DNA of 63,428 nt, filler included, from Octopus bimaculoides (GCF_001194135.2; 4 parts of 4 records of this genome joined end to end with filler, not necessarily neighbours in it), one strand, 5' to 3'; counted from the first letter of the whole stretch, positions 40,554 to 53,304 are shown. The notes: generated from the letters alone by a model not told the origin. Translations and numbers: made by a program.

Positions 40554-42772
40554 GCCTTTTCACAGCTTCTAACGCTTGAGATGTACTACGGTGTCAGCTG
40601 TTCACTACCAGTGAACTAAGGTAACACCTCTTAGTTTTCGAGCACCTTCCGGAGTATGCGAGCGGTTCCAAGCAGTGCTGTTTTCTGCAAGTGCTCCACC
40701 CCTATTCCATATACTTATCGAGATTTTTACTCACTGTTCCCAGGGCTCCGACAATTATTTGTACAACTACCACCTTTTTCATCGACCACAACTGTTTTAC
40801 TTCCCAAGTTAACCTGTCATACCTATCGACTTTTCTTTTTTCCTTATCGCATACCTATGATCCAGCATAGTTTACTTTCTTCCTCAATTAAAACTATGTC
40901 TGGCTTCCTATTGTCTATCTCAAGGTCACGCTGAATCATAAAATCTCACGGGATCTTTGCATTATCATTTTCGATGATGCCGTCGGATTTGTGGTCGTAC
41001 CAATTATTTTTCTCTGTCAAGACTATACTTGTTGCAAAGCGTCCACTAGACAAGCCTTGCTATATTGTCGTGGCGTCACTTATATTCCTTCTGGGCTAGA
41101 GGCGTATTTTGGTTGGTAATATGCCATACAATTTCAGCATTTTGTCCACACATTCTGCACTTATTACTTTCTGATATGTTGTCTATTCTATATTTGATGT
41201 AATTTGTTCTAAATGCTTGCGATTGGGCAGCACAGATTAGAACCCCAGTTTACGGCTTTAAATCACATCTAGTCATTTTTTTCTCAGTTTGTCTCATTTT
41301 CAACATCCCTATGAAATTGTCCATGCATGCTTTTCTTTGCTCAACTCTTTCCAGTTTCATTCATTTTCAATTGATTGTACAGTGCGTTTTATTTGCCAAT
41401 TTTTTGCTGTCAAGTTCATACTTTTTGCAGAGTGTCCAATGAACACGCCTTGCTATATTGTCGTGGCGTCTCTTATATTACTTCTCGGCTAGTGGCGTAC
41501 AGTGGCTGGTAATATGCTATACGGTTATGCCATACGGTTATGCCATACGGTTATGCCATACGGTTATGCCATGCTCCAGATGTCACTCGAAAACCTTTGA
41601 CTTTCAATTTTTATCTGGTATCAACTTTTCATCTGTAAACCCCCCATTTATTTCTTAATAGAATCTCTTCTGATCTACTCTGAATAACCTATTCTGGTGG
41701 TAACCCTTCATTTTTTGGTCGTATCTTACCACCTCTGCTTTCTTTGCAACGAGGCACTGTTTCAGTTCCTCCACTACTACTTTCAGGCCCCTTCTCTCAA
41801 TATTATCCTTCCTTTTCAGCGCCATGTGTTTTTTGTTCGCTTTTAAGCCCCCCTTTCTGTTTTCGATCTAGCACAGAGATTTCCTTCCAGAGCATATCTA
41901 ACCCTACCTGAATTCGTCTTTTGCGCCATGGATCTCTTTTCTTTTGTCTCTCCTATTATGTTTCCTTTTCCTGACATCAACACCCACGTTTTCTGCTACA
42001 ACATTACTTGCTGCCTTGATCAAATTATTTGTTTCTGTGATGTTGTTTGTTCTGATGTATTTCAGAATTTCGATCATATTTTTCGCTTCTTGGTTCTATT
42101 TCCACCGATGAACCTGTTTAAGATTGCAAATAATGTCGCTATCATTCTCCTGTAGTCTTACTTTTATTGCCTTCTTTTAGATCATCTCTCATCAAGTAAA
42201 CTACCACTGTTTCTTTCTTGTGTTATGCGATTACTCTAATTAGTAAGAACTGTATTTTCATCGTTACTACTGTTGCTATTTTCCAAGTCCCGTCTTTTGA
42301 TGGCTTGGAGCTCTACTTTTGTGAACCAACAATTTTTTAATTATTGCTCTAGCTTGATCACATAGCGTCTCTTCCGTGAGTCGAAACAATACCTTTTCCC
42401 TCCAATAATCATACATATGTTGTCGGTAACCCCTAATTTGAGCACCATTTTCATCTCCCTGAATGCTCAGGTATTAACACTCCATAACAAAAAGCATTAA
42501 TTTGCTTGCTCCGTTTATGCCGTATCTGGTGGTCTCTTTCTGGATATCGACAGACCGGAGCCGGACCAGAATCTCTGAGCCTGCTGGGTGCAACACTTGT
42601 CACCATCAATGGATTCAGCTTCATTAGCACCGTTATTCACAATATTTTGTTTATTCATTGTCACTCATAAGAGGTAGTGATTATCAAGTTGCGCAGTTAG
42701 TAGTATTTCTATTGTGACACCATCATTAGATGCATCATTAATCAGGAAACAGGAAGACCCGCTACCTGCTCC
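40554..42772 (-). mobile_element. Rearranged R4/Dong-type element with 5-prime end, N-terminal ORF and REL 3-prime end but no RT core; (TAA)n on both flanks
   Basis: N-terminal motif RGYRQHMYDYWREK...LCDQARAI, NRLFRVDQKRFY, CRMCGQ knuckle, WYDHK and RKPDIVLI. (TTA)n at 40482-40553 and 42773-42840. Confidence 0.85.
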
Positions 42773-42841
<69 letters not shown>

Positions 42842-43311
42842 CATCACTGATATCACTGGTGTTACAGTTTGGGCCTCAGATTCCTGTGCTATCAGAATAG
42901 TCGTCGTTGTAGTATCTGTAGTATTAGCAGCTGCAGCATATTATCATTATTTTTATTTTTATAATTATCACCATCACCACCACTACCACTTTTATTATCA
43001 TTATTACTATTTCCATTTATTATTAATAGATTTTGTTAAACGTTCTTTGTTGTCAACTTTTGTCTTATACTTGAGATAATCATAAATATGTGGTTGTTAA
43101 AAGAAATAGTTGGTGGGGGGTAAGTAGCAGCTTGGTGAATAGATCAAATTCTACAGGTCTGTAAATAGATTCGACAGCTGGTGGATAGGTCAGGCAGAGA
43201 GACAAAACAATCTTCACACTGTTTATATCAGCGCTGTCTTTGGACTTGAGAAGAAGCAATTCAACCTGCTTTATTTGTAATTAATGTTAAAGAAAACAAT
43301 ATATATATATA

Positions 43312-43663
43312 TTTGTTTTGCAAGATTTTTTATGTGAAATCGTGTGTTGAAACAGATGTTGTTGTACCTGGGGATGGTCATATTGCCAGTTTAGCCAATA
43401 AAAACACACGCACTGTATATTTGGTGTTAATTTTTTTTTTTTTCAGCTTTATATTACATTAATCTTAATCTTAATCTTATTTCGGCCAGAGTTCTTTCGT
43501 CACACTTCTGTGACCTAATCAGTGGTCCTTTGTTTCCTTCTTTCTTATGTGTGTCTCACCTTGCTAACTATCAGCCATTTTGTATTTTGTATTCCTATTG
43601 TATGTGTCTACGCATGCGTGTCCTTCAATGTGTCTGTGTCTTTTGTAAGTGCATGTGTGTATG
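43312..43663 (-). mobile_element. (TA)n-flanked dispersed repeat carrying a hammerhead motif (Penelope pseudo-LTR or retrozyme-like), copy 1
   Basis: About 200 bp near-identical to 53367-53566. Its end is also present inverted at 54177-54229. Confidence 0.55.
43484..43528 (-). ncRNA. Second copy of the same hammerhead motif with a core substitution (CUGAUUA), probably inactive
   Basis: Same as 53485-53529 except CTGATTAG in place of CTGATGAG. Confidence 0.5.
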
Positions 43664-43763
43664 NNNNNNNNNNNNNNNNNNNNNNNNNNNNNNNNNNNNN
43701 NNNNNNNTTAATTAATTAANNNNNNNNNNNNNNNNNNNNNNNNNNNNNNNNNNNNNNNNNNNN
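43664..43763. other. Artificial scaffold-joining spacer
   Basis: N44-TTAATTAATTAA-N44. Confidence 0.95.
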
Positions 43764-43935
43764 AGGGAGGAAAGGAAGGAGGAAGGGAGGAAAGGAAGGA
43801 GGAACGGAGGAAAGGAAGGAGAGAGGGAGGAAAGGAAGGAGAGAGGGAGGAAAGGAAGGAGAGAGGGAGGAAAGGAAGGAGGAAGGGAGGAAAGGAAGGA
43901 GGAAGGGAGGAAAGGAAGGAGAGAGAGAGGAAAGG
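43764..43935. repeat. 20-bp purine minisatellite AGGGAGGAAAGGAAGGAG(GA/AG)
   Basis: About 8 tandem units. Confidence 0.9.
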
Positions 43936-44911
43936 GGGGACAGATATATAGTTGACAGGTTGGATTAATGTATGGATTAAGAGGGGGTGATTGGCCAGGT
44001 GGGGGTCTATGAATTTGTGGATTGGTAAGTATACAGGTGTCTCTCACACGCACACACATTATCATCATCTTATCATCATTATGTTAACGTCCACTTTTCT
44101 GTGCTTGCATAGGCTGGATGGTGTTTGCTGAGGCAGATTTTCTATGGCCAGATGCCCCTCTGGTCCCCAACCCTCAACTGTTTCTTATTTCTTTACTGCC
44201 CATAGGTGGCTAAACACAGAGGGAACAAACAAGGGCAAACAAACGGATTAAGTCGATTACATCGACCCCAGTGTGTAACTGGTACTTATTTAATCGACCC
44301 CGAAAGGATGAAAGGCAAAGTCGACCTTGGCAGAATATGAACTCAGAATGTAGCGGCAGAAGAAATACCGCTAAGCCTTTCGCCCAGCATTCTAACGATT
44401 CTGCCAGCTCACCACCCTCAATTGTTTCTAATATTACCCCATGGCCATTCACATGTTTTACAAAAAACTGAATGTGAACAACACCTCTTATATGACAGTG
44501 ACGCTTATTTACAACCATCACACGATAAGATATAGCACACACACACACACGTTTTTGTGCCAGTGCTAGTATTACGTAGGCAGCATGCATGCTGCTGTTA
44601 CATACAAAGCCCCTGCGTAGGTAGCATGTATAGAGTAGCTGGTGTCACATGTAATGCATCCGTGTCGGTGCCATGTATAAAGCACTCAGCACACTCTGTG
44701 ATATGGTTGCCATTAGGAAGGGCATCCAGCCGTAGAAGCCATGGCCAGAACAGACAACTGGTGGTAGCTCTTTGGCTGGCCAGCTCCTGTCAAGCCATCC
44801 AACTCATGCCAACATGAAAAACAGATGTAAAATGATGATGATGACTCTCTGACTCTCTCTCTCTCTCTCTCCCTCTCCCTCTCCCTCTCTCTCTCTATAT
44901 ATATATATATA

Positions 44912-46700
44912 CTAGCAGTATAACCAGACCTTGTCCGGGTGTGACTTATTAGGCCATCTACGATAAGTCTTGCTAGCTGAAAATCAACTAAAAAAGAAAG
45001 CCTTACAACGAAAAAACCCTTATGATGTAAATATGCTCATAATTCAAAAGACGATGAAATTAATAGGGAAAGTTTGAAGGCTGTTTTGCGTAAAATTATT
45101 AAGCATACGTAAATTTCATCCGTCTAATTGGCTATAGAAATGCTTGTGCAAAACAACTTTTTGTGCTGCCCTGATTATACATAGCAGGGTAATCCCTTTT
45201 CGCAGGAGCTAGGATGGCAATTTCTGATGAAGCAATTGCTGGCAATCTGTTGCTACACAGTTTTGCCAGAATTCTATCAGATTGGGCAGAAGATGTTGAT
45301 GCACCATTTTGCATTATGTTCAAAGTAGCTTCTGGAATGTGGTGAATTGCTACAGTCTTTTGCTGTCATTTTAAACCGGTTGCTTTCTTTCCCCAGCAAA
45401 CTCTTCTTTGGAGGCATAATCTATGTATATATTAAACAGAACAACAAAAGTTATAATAGATGGTAGAGTCGGTACTTTTCACATATCTGTAATTTTTCAG
45501 ATTAACACCCGCACGATTACCCAACCCTAATCTTAAACCTAATCCTAACACTAACCCTAACACTACCCCTAAACCCTAGCCCTAACCCTGACCCTAAAAC
45601 CGTAACCGTAACACTAATCCTAACCCTAACTGTAACCGTAACCCTAAACCCTAATCCTAAATCCTAACCCTGACCCTAAAACCCTAACCCTAACACCATA
45701 GTGAAAATCATGGTATATTTACAAAACATTGACGAACATGAGTTATGTTTTACTGAATGATTGTGTACTTGCACGTGTATGTGTTGGAGAGAGTGAGAGA
45801 GGAAGAGGTAGAGAGAGGGGGAGAAAGGAATAGAGGTAGTTAAAAGTTTTCTTATGACGGCTTCTCTTCACTGCCTATTACTTCATTAGAAATCTACAGA
45901 TGCACATAATAGAGAAAAATGAAACAAATATGGATGACTTGCTCCGAAACACCACCGAGTGGGGAACACTTCTCAAAAATAACTTGCAGTTGTTTCCTTC
46001 AAAATTCCTACATGCTCGAAATGTACATACATGAAGGTATATTTGTAGAAAATTTCACGAAAAAATATTCATTTTCCTGGAAGTTAAGAGGAATTTAAGT
46101 GGAATTTCNNNNNNNNNNNNNNNNNNNNNNNNNNNNNNNNNNNNNNNNNNNNNNNNNNNNNNNNNNNNNNNNNNNNNNNNNNNNNNNNNNNNNNNNNNNN
46201 NNNNNNNNNNNNNNNNNNNNNNNNNNNNNNNNNNNNNNNNNNNNNNNNNNNNNNNNNNNNNNNNNNNNNNNNNNNNNNNNNNNNNNNNNNNNNNNNNNNN
46301 NNNNNNNNNNNNNNNNNNNNNNNNNNNNNNNNNNNNNNNNNNNNNNNNNNNNNNNNNNNNNNNNNNNNNNNNNNNNNNNNNNNNNNNNNNNNNNNNNNNN
46401 NNNNNNNNNNNNNNNNNNNNNNNNNNNNNNNNNNNNNNNNNNNNNNNNNNNNNNNNNNNNNNNNNNNNNNNNNNNNNNNNNNNNNNNNNNNNNNNNNNNN
46501 NNNNNNNNNNNNNNNNNNNNNNNNNNNNNNNNNNNNNNNNNNNNNNNNNNNNNNNNNNNNNNNNNNNNNNNNNNNNNNNNNGGAATTTAAAAAATCTAAT
46601 TACTGCACTGGAAAGTTCACATCAAGAAAATTCCATTGATGTAAACAATTTTACGAAAAAGTGGAAAATGTGGATTTCTATAGATGCAACACACACACAC
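44912..46700 (-). mobile_element. Non-autonomous Helitron-like element with internal telomere-like repeats
   Basis: The minus-strand 3-prime end is a CCGGAC-AAG-GTCTGG hairpin, 8 nt, then CTAG followed by T. A Pif1-like remnant RILAKLCSNRLPAIASSEIA lies on the same strand. The 5-prime boundary is uncertain. Confidence 0.55.
45521..45696. repeat. Degenerate interstitial (CCCTAA)n / (TTAGGG)n repeats
   Basis: About 25 variant hexamer or heptamer units (ccctaa, cctaaa, ccgtaa, ccctga). Confidence 0.85.
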
Positions 46701-46849
46701 ACACACATGCAGGAAGTAAATAGACACCTTTAATTTTCATAATTTCTGATCTAAGCGTCTTAATATGTTTTCAGCGGTGTAGAATTTACAATGTAATTAT
46801 TCTTTATCATTCTAGATGCCATTATATTAAACATTTGCAAAGAGTAACC

Positions 46850-47081
46850 ATGCCACGCACAAAAAATTCAACAGAACTGTTAGATTTTCGTATTGTTGGG
46901 CAATCTGAGGCTTGTCATAGCCAGTGAAAAATTGCCCAACAATCTTCAAATTCCTCTTGTTACTGTTAATAGAATTATAGTGCAATTCAAAAGACAAGAG
47001 AAAGAATCAACAGATTCTTGTCCCGGCTGACCTGGGCTCTCAGAAAGGAAGCTTCACTGTTTGAAGAGAATTGTGGAAAAC
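46850..47081 (+). mobile_element. Third Tc1-like transposase N-terminal remnant (different family)
   Basis: MPRTKNSTELLDF RIVGQSEA..SQ*KIAQ / LQIPLVTVNRIIVQFKR...PG*PGLSERKL..LKRIVEN, with stops and a frameshift, ending at an N gap. Confidence 0.7.
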
Positions 47082-48503
47082 NNNNNNNNNNNNNNNNNNN
47101 NNNNNNNNNNNNNNNNNNNNNNNNNNNNNNNNNNNNNNNNNNNNNNNNNNNNNNNNNNNNNNNNNNNNNNNNNNNNNNNNNNNNNNNNNNNNNNNNNNNN
47201 NNNNNNNNNNNNNNNNNNNNNNNNNNNNNNNNNNNNNNNNNNNNNNNNNNNNNNNNNNNNNNNNNNNNNNNNNNNNNNNNNNNNNNNNNNNNNNNNNNNN
47301 NNNNNNNNNNNNNNNNNNNNNNNNNNNNNNNNNNNNNNNNNNNNNNNNNNNNNNNNNNNNNNNNNNNNNNNNNNNNNNNNNNNNNNTTTATTTATTTATG
47401 CATCCTTTTAAAGCGTAGCCAGGCTCATGGGCCCAGTTTCTCGGTTTCTATGGTCCATTGCAGCGTTACTCAAGAAACAGGAAGAAAGAGTGAAAGAAAG
47501 TTGGGGCAAAAGAGTACAACAAGGGTCGCCACCACCGACTGCTGGAGCCTTGTGGAGTTTTAGGTGTTTTCGTTCAATAAACACACACAACGCCCAGTCT
47601 GGGAATTGAAACCGAGATCCTCCGACTGGGAGCCCACTGCCTTAACCACTGGGCCATTGCGCCTCCACTTGCGCCCTTTTAAAGCCTATCCAGGCTCATG
47701 GGCCCGGTTTCCTGGTTTCAATGGCATACATGTTCCCCAGTTGGACGGGACGCCAGTCCATTGCAGCATTACTCATTTTTGCCAGCTGAGTGGACTGGAG
47801 TGAAATGAAGTGTTTTGCTCAAGAACACAACGCATTGCCCGGTCCAGGAATCGAAACTACAATCTTACAATCATGATGTTGACACCCTAACCACTAGGCC
47901 ACGTGCTCCTACACACACACACACATATATATGTAGGTTTCTCTCAGTTTCTGTCAACCAGATTCACTCACAAGGTATTGGTCAGCCTTGGACTGTAGTA
48001 GAAAACACTTGCTTAAAGTGCCATAGAGTGGGACCCTAATCAAGAACTTAGTCTTGTTATGATTCTGCAACAGAATGAAAATGAGTGATACAAAAAGGGG
48101 GGAATAGAGTTGACTGCTTTGCATTAAAGAGTTCTTCCCTGCCTCCAAAATGAATGTAAACAATGTTAGCATGATTCTTGTGATATCCTGCATTTCAGGA
48201 TTGGCTGATCAATGCAGCTCCATGTGGTGTTGTATAAAAAGGAATTTAAGGTTTAATAATGGATGGGAACAGGCTAAAAACAATTACTTTGTATTGAATG
48301 GAGCAGGCATTTATTATGTTAATAATTGCTACACTAAACTGTTTCTGTTACATGTTAACTGCTAAACCATGCAACCTAATTAGCATAGATAGTGGTAAGG
48401 CAATTGGGGAGATGTAGTCCATCTCCCTCCAATTCCCAAGCGACACTTTTATGACAGTGATAGTCGAATCCACTGAAGCACCTGATGATGCAAACGGTCT
48501 TAC

Positions 48504-48640
48504 CTTACAGAGCAGGTTGTCTTTGTAGTTACCCCACATACTTGAAATGAGGGTGATCTTGACAACGACGTAGCTGAGTGCAGGGAGCCTACCACTGAGT
48601 GGCTCAATTAGTAAACCAGCTCCGTTGATCTGTGTCGGAC
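48504..48640 (-). CDS. DLEC1: DLEC1-like exon F (137 nt, phase 1 to 0): PTQINGAGLLIEPLSGRLPALSYVVVKITLISSMWGNYKDNLLCK
   Basis: Acceptor tttttttttgtcAG, donor AAG|GTAAGA. MWGNYKDNLLCK matches the characteristic DLEC1 motif MWGEYWDNLIC. Confidence 0.88.
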
Positions 48641-48714
48641 CTGACAAAAAAAAATGAAAGAATAAAAAAAAATATAGGCACAGGTGTGGTTAAGTGGTAA
48701 GATGATGCAAGTGT

Positions 48715-49090
48715 GGCTGTGTGGTAAGAAGTCTGCTTATTTACTACATGGTTCCGGGTTCAGTCCCACTGCGTTGCACCTTGGGCAGGTGTCTTCTACT
48801 ATAGCCTCAGGCTGACCAAAGCCTTGTGAGTAGATTTGGTAGACGGAAACTGAAAGAAGCCTGTTGTGTGTGTGTGTGCATGCACAAGTCTTGGTGTCTG
48901 TGTTTGTCCCCCACAACCACTTGACAACCAGTGCTGGTTTGTTTATATCCCTGTAACTTAGCGGTTCAGCAAAAGAGACTTATAGAATAAGTACTGGGCT
49001 TCAAAACAAAACAAATCCTGGGGTCGATTTGTTCAACCAAAAACCCTTCAATGTGGTGCCCCAGCATGGCCACAATCAAATGACTGAAAC
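48715..49090 (+). mobile_element. Near-complete SINE family B copy
   Basis: Runs from GTGGCTGTGTGGTAAG...GGTTCAGTCCC to the AAACAAGTAAAAGAATAAAAG tail. Confidence 0.8.
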
Positions 49091-49212
49091 AAGTAAAAGA
49101 ATAAAAGATTGGTGGAATCAGTTAAGAATTGGACAAAACAGACAAGGAACAATGAACAGTTTGGTACTGAAATTGATATATATCTCAGTGCTGAGATAAC
49201 TGTGCTTAATCA

Positions 49213-49860
49213 TCATCATCATCATTTAACATCTGCTTTCGATGCTGGCATGGGTTGGATGGTCTGACTGAGGACTGGCAAGCTGGGAGGCTGCATCAGG
49301 CTCCAATCTTACCTGGCAATGTTTCTACTGCTGGATGCCCTTCCTAATGCCAACCGCTCTGAGAGTGTAGTGGATGATTTGTATGTGCCACCAGCACAGA
49401 AGCCAGTCAGGCGGGCCTGGCATTGATCGCCTTTGGATAGTGCTTTTTACATGCCTCTGACACGGGAGCCAGTTAAGGAGCACTGGCAAGGGAGCCAGTT
49501 AGGGGACACTGGCACAGGAGCCAGTTAGGGGACACTGGCATCAGCCACTGGCATTGGTCATGTTTGAATGGTGCTTTTTATGTGCCACAGGCATGGGAGC
49601 CAGAGAGGGGACAGTGGCCACAGCTACGATTTTGGTTTTACTTGACTCAACAAGTCTTCTCAAGCATATCATATTGCCCGACACATCAGGGATACTTTTA
49701 AATGGGCCAGAGATGCAACACTGGCATCGGCCATGGCTGCGATCTCACTTTAGTTGCCAGGTCTTCTCAATCACAGCTTATCTCAAAAGGTCTCGGTCTT
49801 CTGTCATTGTCTCTGTGAGGCCCAACATTCAAAAGTCAATGAATTCACTAAATGACCATG
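49213..49860 (-). mobile_element. SINE or non-autonomous retroposon family D with a (GAT)n tail (core GGAAGGGCATCCAGC)
   Basis: Related copies at about 44070-44190, 44590-44845, 50210-50570, 57320-57640 and 59795-60030. Internal tandem repeat of about 27 bp at 49465-49540. Confidence 0.7.
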
Positions 49861-50570
49861 TGGTTTGTGGGGGTTTTTCCACAGTATGGCTCATGGCACA
49901 AATGTTATCTGCTGTAGCCATCTCAGGTTGGTTGAACAATGCCTTGGGTGAGGAATTGTACAAAAACCTGTTATTGTTTTAATGTCCACCATGCTTGAAT
50001 GAATATGATAGTATTTATTGAAGTAGATTTTGAATGACCAAAAGTCCTTGTCATCAATCTTCACATGTTTTCAAGTGTTTCCAAGGCCAGACATGTTTTC
50101 ATGGAAGACTGGAGATGAAGGACACTGCTTGTATGATGGTGACGCTTGTTTACAACTATGATACAGTATGAATACAAAATCACACACACACACACACACA
50201 AACATCGTCGTCGTCATTGGTGGTGTCATCATCATCATCATTTAATGTCCATTTTTCCATGCTGGCATGGGCTGGACGGATTGACCAGAGCTCGCAAACT
50301 GAAGAGATGCACCAGTTCCATCCTGATCTGGATTGGTTTCTACAGCTGAACGCCCTCCCTAATGCCAACCACTTTACGATGTGTGGTAGGTGCTATTACA
50401 TAGTACTGGCTTGAGTGGTTTTTGTGTGGCACCAGCACAGGACTCCCGCTGGTCAATCACCTTCACCAGGGGGAGTGGCCTTAACACTTCTGCTGTGGAG
50501 GACGGGTCATTTTGAGTACAGCAAGGCACCAGATATCTCAGTCCTTTATCGTAGGTTCCAGGCATCTCAG

Positions 50571-50957
50571 TTATACATACAAACACATATATACATACAT
50601 GCATACATACATGCACATACATACATACATACATTCATGCATACATATGTACAGACACATATATACATGCATACATGCACATACATACTTACGTACATAC
50701 ATACATACATGTACATCCATACATACATACGTACATACATACATACATACATACATGTGCATCCGTACATACGTACATACATACATGCATACATACATAT
50801 ATGCATACACACATACAAGCAGATACATACATTCAGACAGACATATGTACACACATACATACATACATACATACATGCATGCATACGTACACACATACAT
50901 ACATACATACATACATACATACATGCATACAAAAATCCATACATACATACATACATA
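50571..50957. repeat. Degenerate (CATA)n microsatellite
   Basis: Visible directly. Confidence 0.93.
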
Positions 50958-51529
50958 TAGTTTACTGTTCCATTATAGGTAGGATCAACAAAAAAGTACT
51001 CCATCCAATGAGAGATAAATATCATTTAATATACACACTTTACAAAAGAGCTGCTAATAGTTTCATGCTTTAAAGATACAATAATTTGGTCAATTTATAT
51101 AACATGTATCTCCAAGCAATCTTTCAGGATCTGTGCATATCATTAGATGTATTTAAAAACCAGGATGCTGCTCTATGAGAAAACAATAAATCACCGCTAG
51201 TCCGGGTCCCTTGTCATTTCCTCAGTGAGGCTCAGTGTCTGAAGGTCCTTCCTTACCACTTTGTCTCATATCTTCTTGAGTTGACCCCTTCCACAGGTTC
51301 CCTCCACAATTAGAGCTTGGCACTTCTTTACACAGCTGTCCTCATTCATATGTATGTGTGTGTCTATGTATTCAGACAGAATTGTCAAACTAGGATTTGA
51401 ACTCAGCAAGTCAGAGCAAATACCACAAGGCATTTTATCTGACATTCTAATGATTCAGCCAAAAATGAATTTAAGATTAGTATGGAATGGTAAACTTTGA
51501 AAATGTGGACAGACATTAAAAGAACTTAC

Positions 51530-51603
51530 TCGCTTCAGCTCTGGTACTAACATTGTCAGTGTGCTTGGCTGATGGAGATGTGAACGGCTTCGGCAATTTG
51601 GCA
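51530..51603 (-). CDS. DLEC1: DLEC1-like exon E (74 nt, phase 2 to 1): AKLPKPFTSPSAKHTDNVSTRAEA
   Basis: Acceptor ttctcgttaaAG, donor GA|GTAAGT. Its phases are the ones needed to join exon D to exon F without a stop. Low-conservation linker sequence. Confidence 0.7.
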
Positions 51604-51977
51604 CTTTAACGAGAACATAATTGATAGTTATGATAAAGTTAAGTATTTGTACAGTCATGAATTATGTTTAATACGCACACACACGCACACACACACACAC
51701 ACGCACACGCATGGTGCACTTTCCATGACAATTTTAATATTTGCTTGAAGCATTATGGAATATGTACAAATTTGGTGTGTTAATCACAATGATTCAACAT
51801 TAACAAAACAGACACATCATTTATACCACTCTCTTGGTCTTGAATGCTTTTGAAAAGGAGTTTTTTAACCTGAAATATCAGCACTAATTAAATATTTATA
51901 AGATAACATTTAAATATTTCTGTTACGGTTATTTTTGATGTTTGATGTTCCAAATGTATTGCTACCACTTTCATTAC

Positions 51978-52831
51978 TTTTACATTGATTTTATAGATAT
52001 TTTATTTCACATTGATTTTATAGATATTTTATTTTACATTGATTTTATAGATATTTTATTTCACATTGATTTTATAGATATTTTATTTTACATTGATTGT
52101 ATAGATATTTTATTTTACATTGATTGTATAGATATTTTATTTTACATTGATTTTATAGATATTTTATTTTACATTGATTTTATAGATATTTTATTTTACA
52201 TTGATTTTATAGATATTTTATTTCACATTGATTTTATAGATATTTTATTTTACATTGATTTTATAGATATTTTATTTTACATTGATTTTATAGATGNNNN
52301 NNNNNNNNNNNNNNNNNNNNNNNNNNNNNNNNNNNNNNNNNNNNNNNNNNNNNNNNNNNNNNNNNNNNNNNNNNNNNNNNNNNNNNNNNNNNNNNNNNNN
52401 NNNNNNNNNNNNNNNNNNNNNNNNNNNNNNNNNNNNNNNNNNNNNNNNNNNNNNNNNNNNNNNNNNNNNNNNNNNNNNNNNNNNNNNNNNNNNNNNNNNN
52501 NNNNNNNNNNNNNNNNNNNNNNNNNNNNNNNNNNNNNNNNNNNNNNNNNNNNNNNNNNNNNNNNNNNNNNNNNNNNNNNNNNNNNNNNNNNNNNNNNNNN
52601 NNNNNNNNNNNNNNNNNNNNNNNNNNNNNNNNNNNNNNNNNNNNNNNNNNNNNNNNNNNNNNNNNNNNNNNNNNNNNNNNNNNNNNNNNNNNNNNNNNNN
52701 NNNNNNNNNNNNNNNNNNNNNNNNNNNNCTTTTACATTGATTTTATAGATATTTTATTTCACATTGATTTTATAGATATTTTATTTTACATTGATTTTAT
52801 AGATATTTTATTTTACATTGATTTTATAGAT
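51978..52831. repeat. 27-bp AT-rich minisatellite TTTTACATTGATTTTATAGATATTTTA, spanning an N gap, in a DLEC1 intron
   Basis: At least 15 visible near-identical units with variants TAC/CAC and TTT/TGT. Confidence 0.95.
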
Positions 52832-53304
52832 GAGCTGAGAATAAATAGAGCATACAGATACAAATTCATATACATACACATAAGACCCTTCTTCAGTCAT
52901 GAATGGCCATGAGATTGCACCAAGAAAGTTAGCCTCTAAGACACAAGGCTGGGCAAGGTTGTTATGGAAGACCAGCAGTCGCCCATGCATACCACCCTTC
53001 CCCCTCTCCACACTACTAATGTTATCCAAGGGGAAGGCAAAGGGGCTGATACAGCTTGGCACCAGTGATGTCACAACTCATTTCCACAGCTGAGTGAACT
53101 GGAGCAACGTGAAATAAAGTGTCTTGCTCAAGAACATAACACACAGACCAGTCTGAGAATTGAACTCACTACCTCACAATTGTGAACCTGATGCTCTAAC
53201 AACTGAGCCATGTGCCTTCACCTTTTTTCTTTCCGCTTGGCGGGCAGGTGGCAAGCTTGCTACAGTGATGCTGCTTCTGCACTCTTCCTTGCAATACCTG
53301 GCTC

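Noticed and set aside
43075-43265. Possible next DLEC1 exon (VELLLLKSKDSAD...)
   Set aside because: No DLEC1-like motif, an in-frame stop before a convincing donor, and it lies across a scaffold join.
45521-45696. True chromosome end or fusion scar
   Set aside because: The repeats are short, degenerate, in one orientation and embedded in a Helitron-like element.
48348-48503. Continuation of the ORF beyond exon F (VRPFASSG...)
   Set aside because: It begins at a consensus GTAAGA donor and loses DLEC1 similarity, so it is intronic read-through.
51942-52748. ORF encoding FYIDFIDIL repeats
   Set aside because: A by-product of a stop-free 27-bp minisatellite, antisense within a DLEC1 intron.
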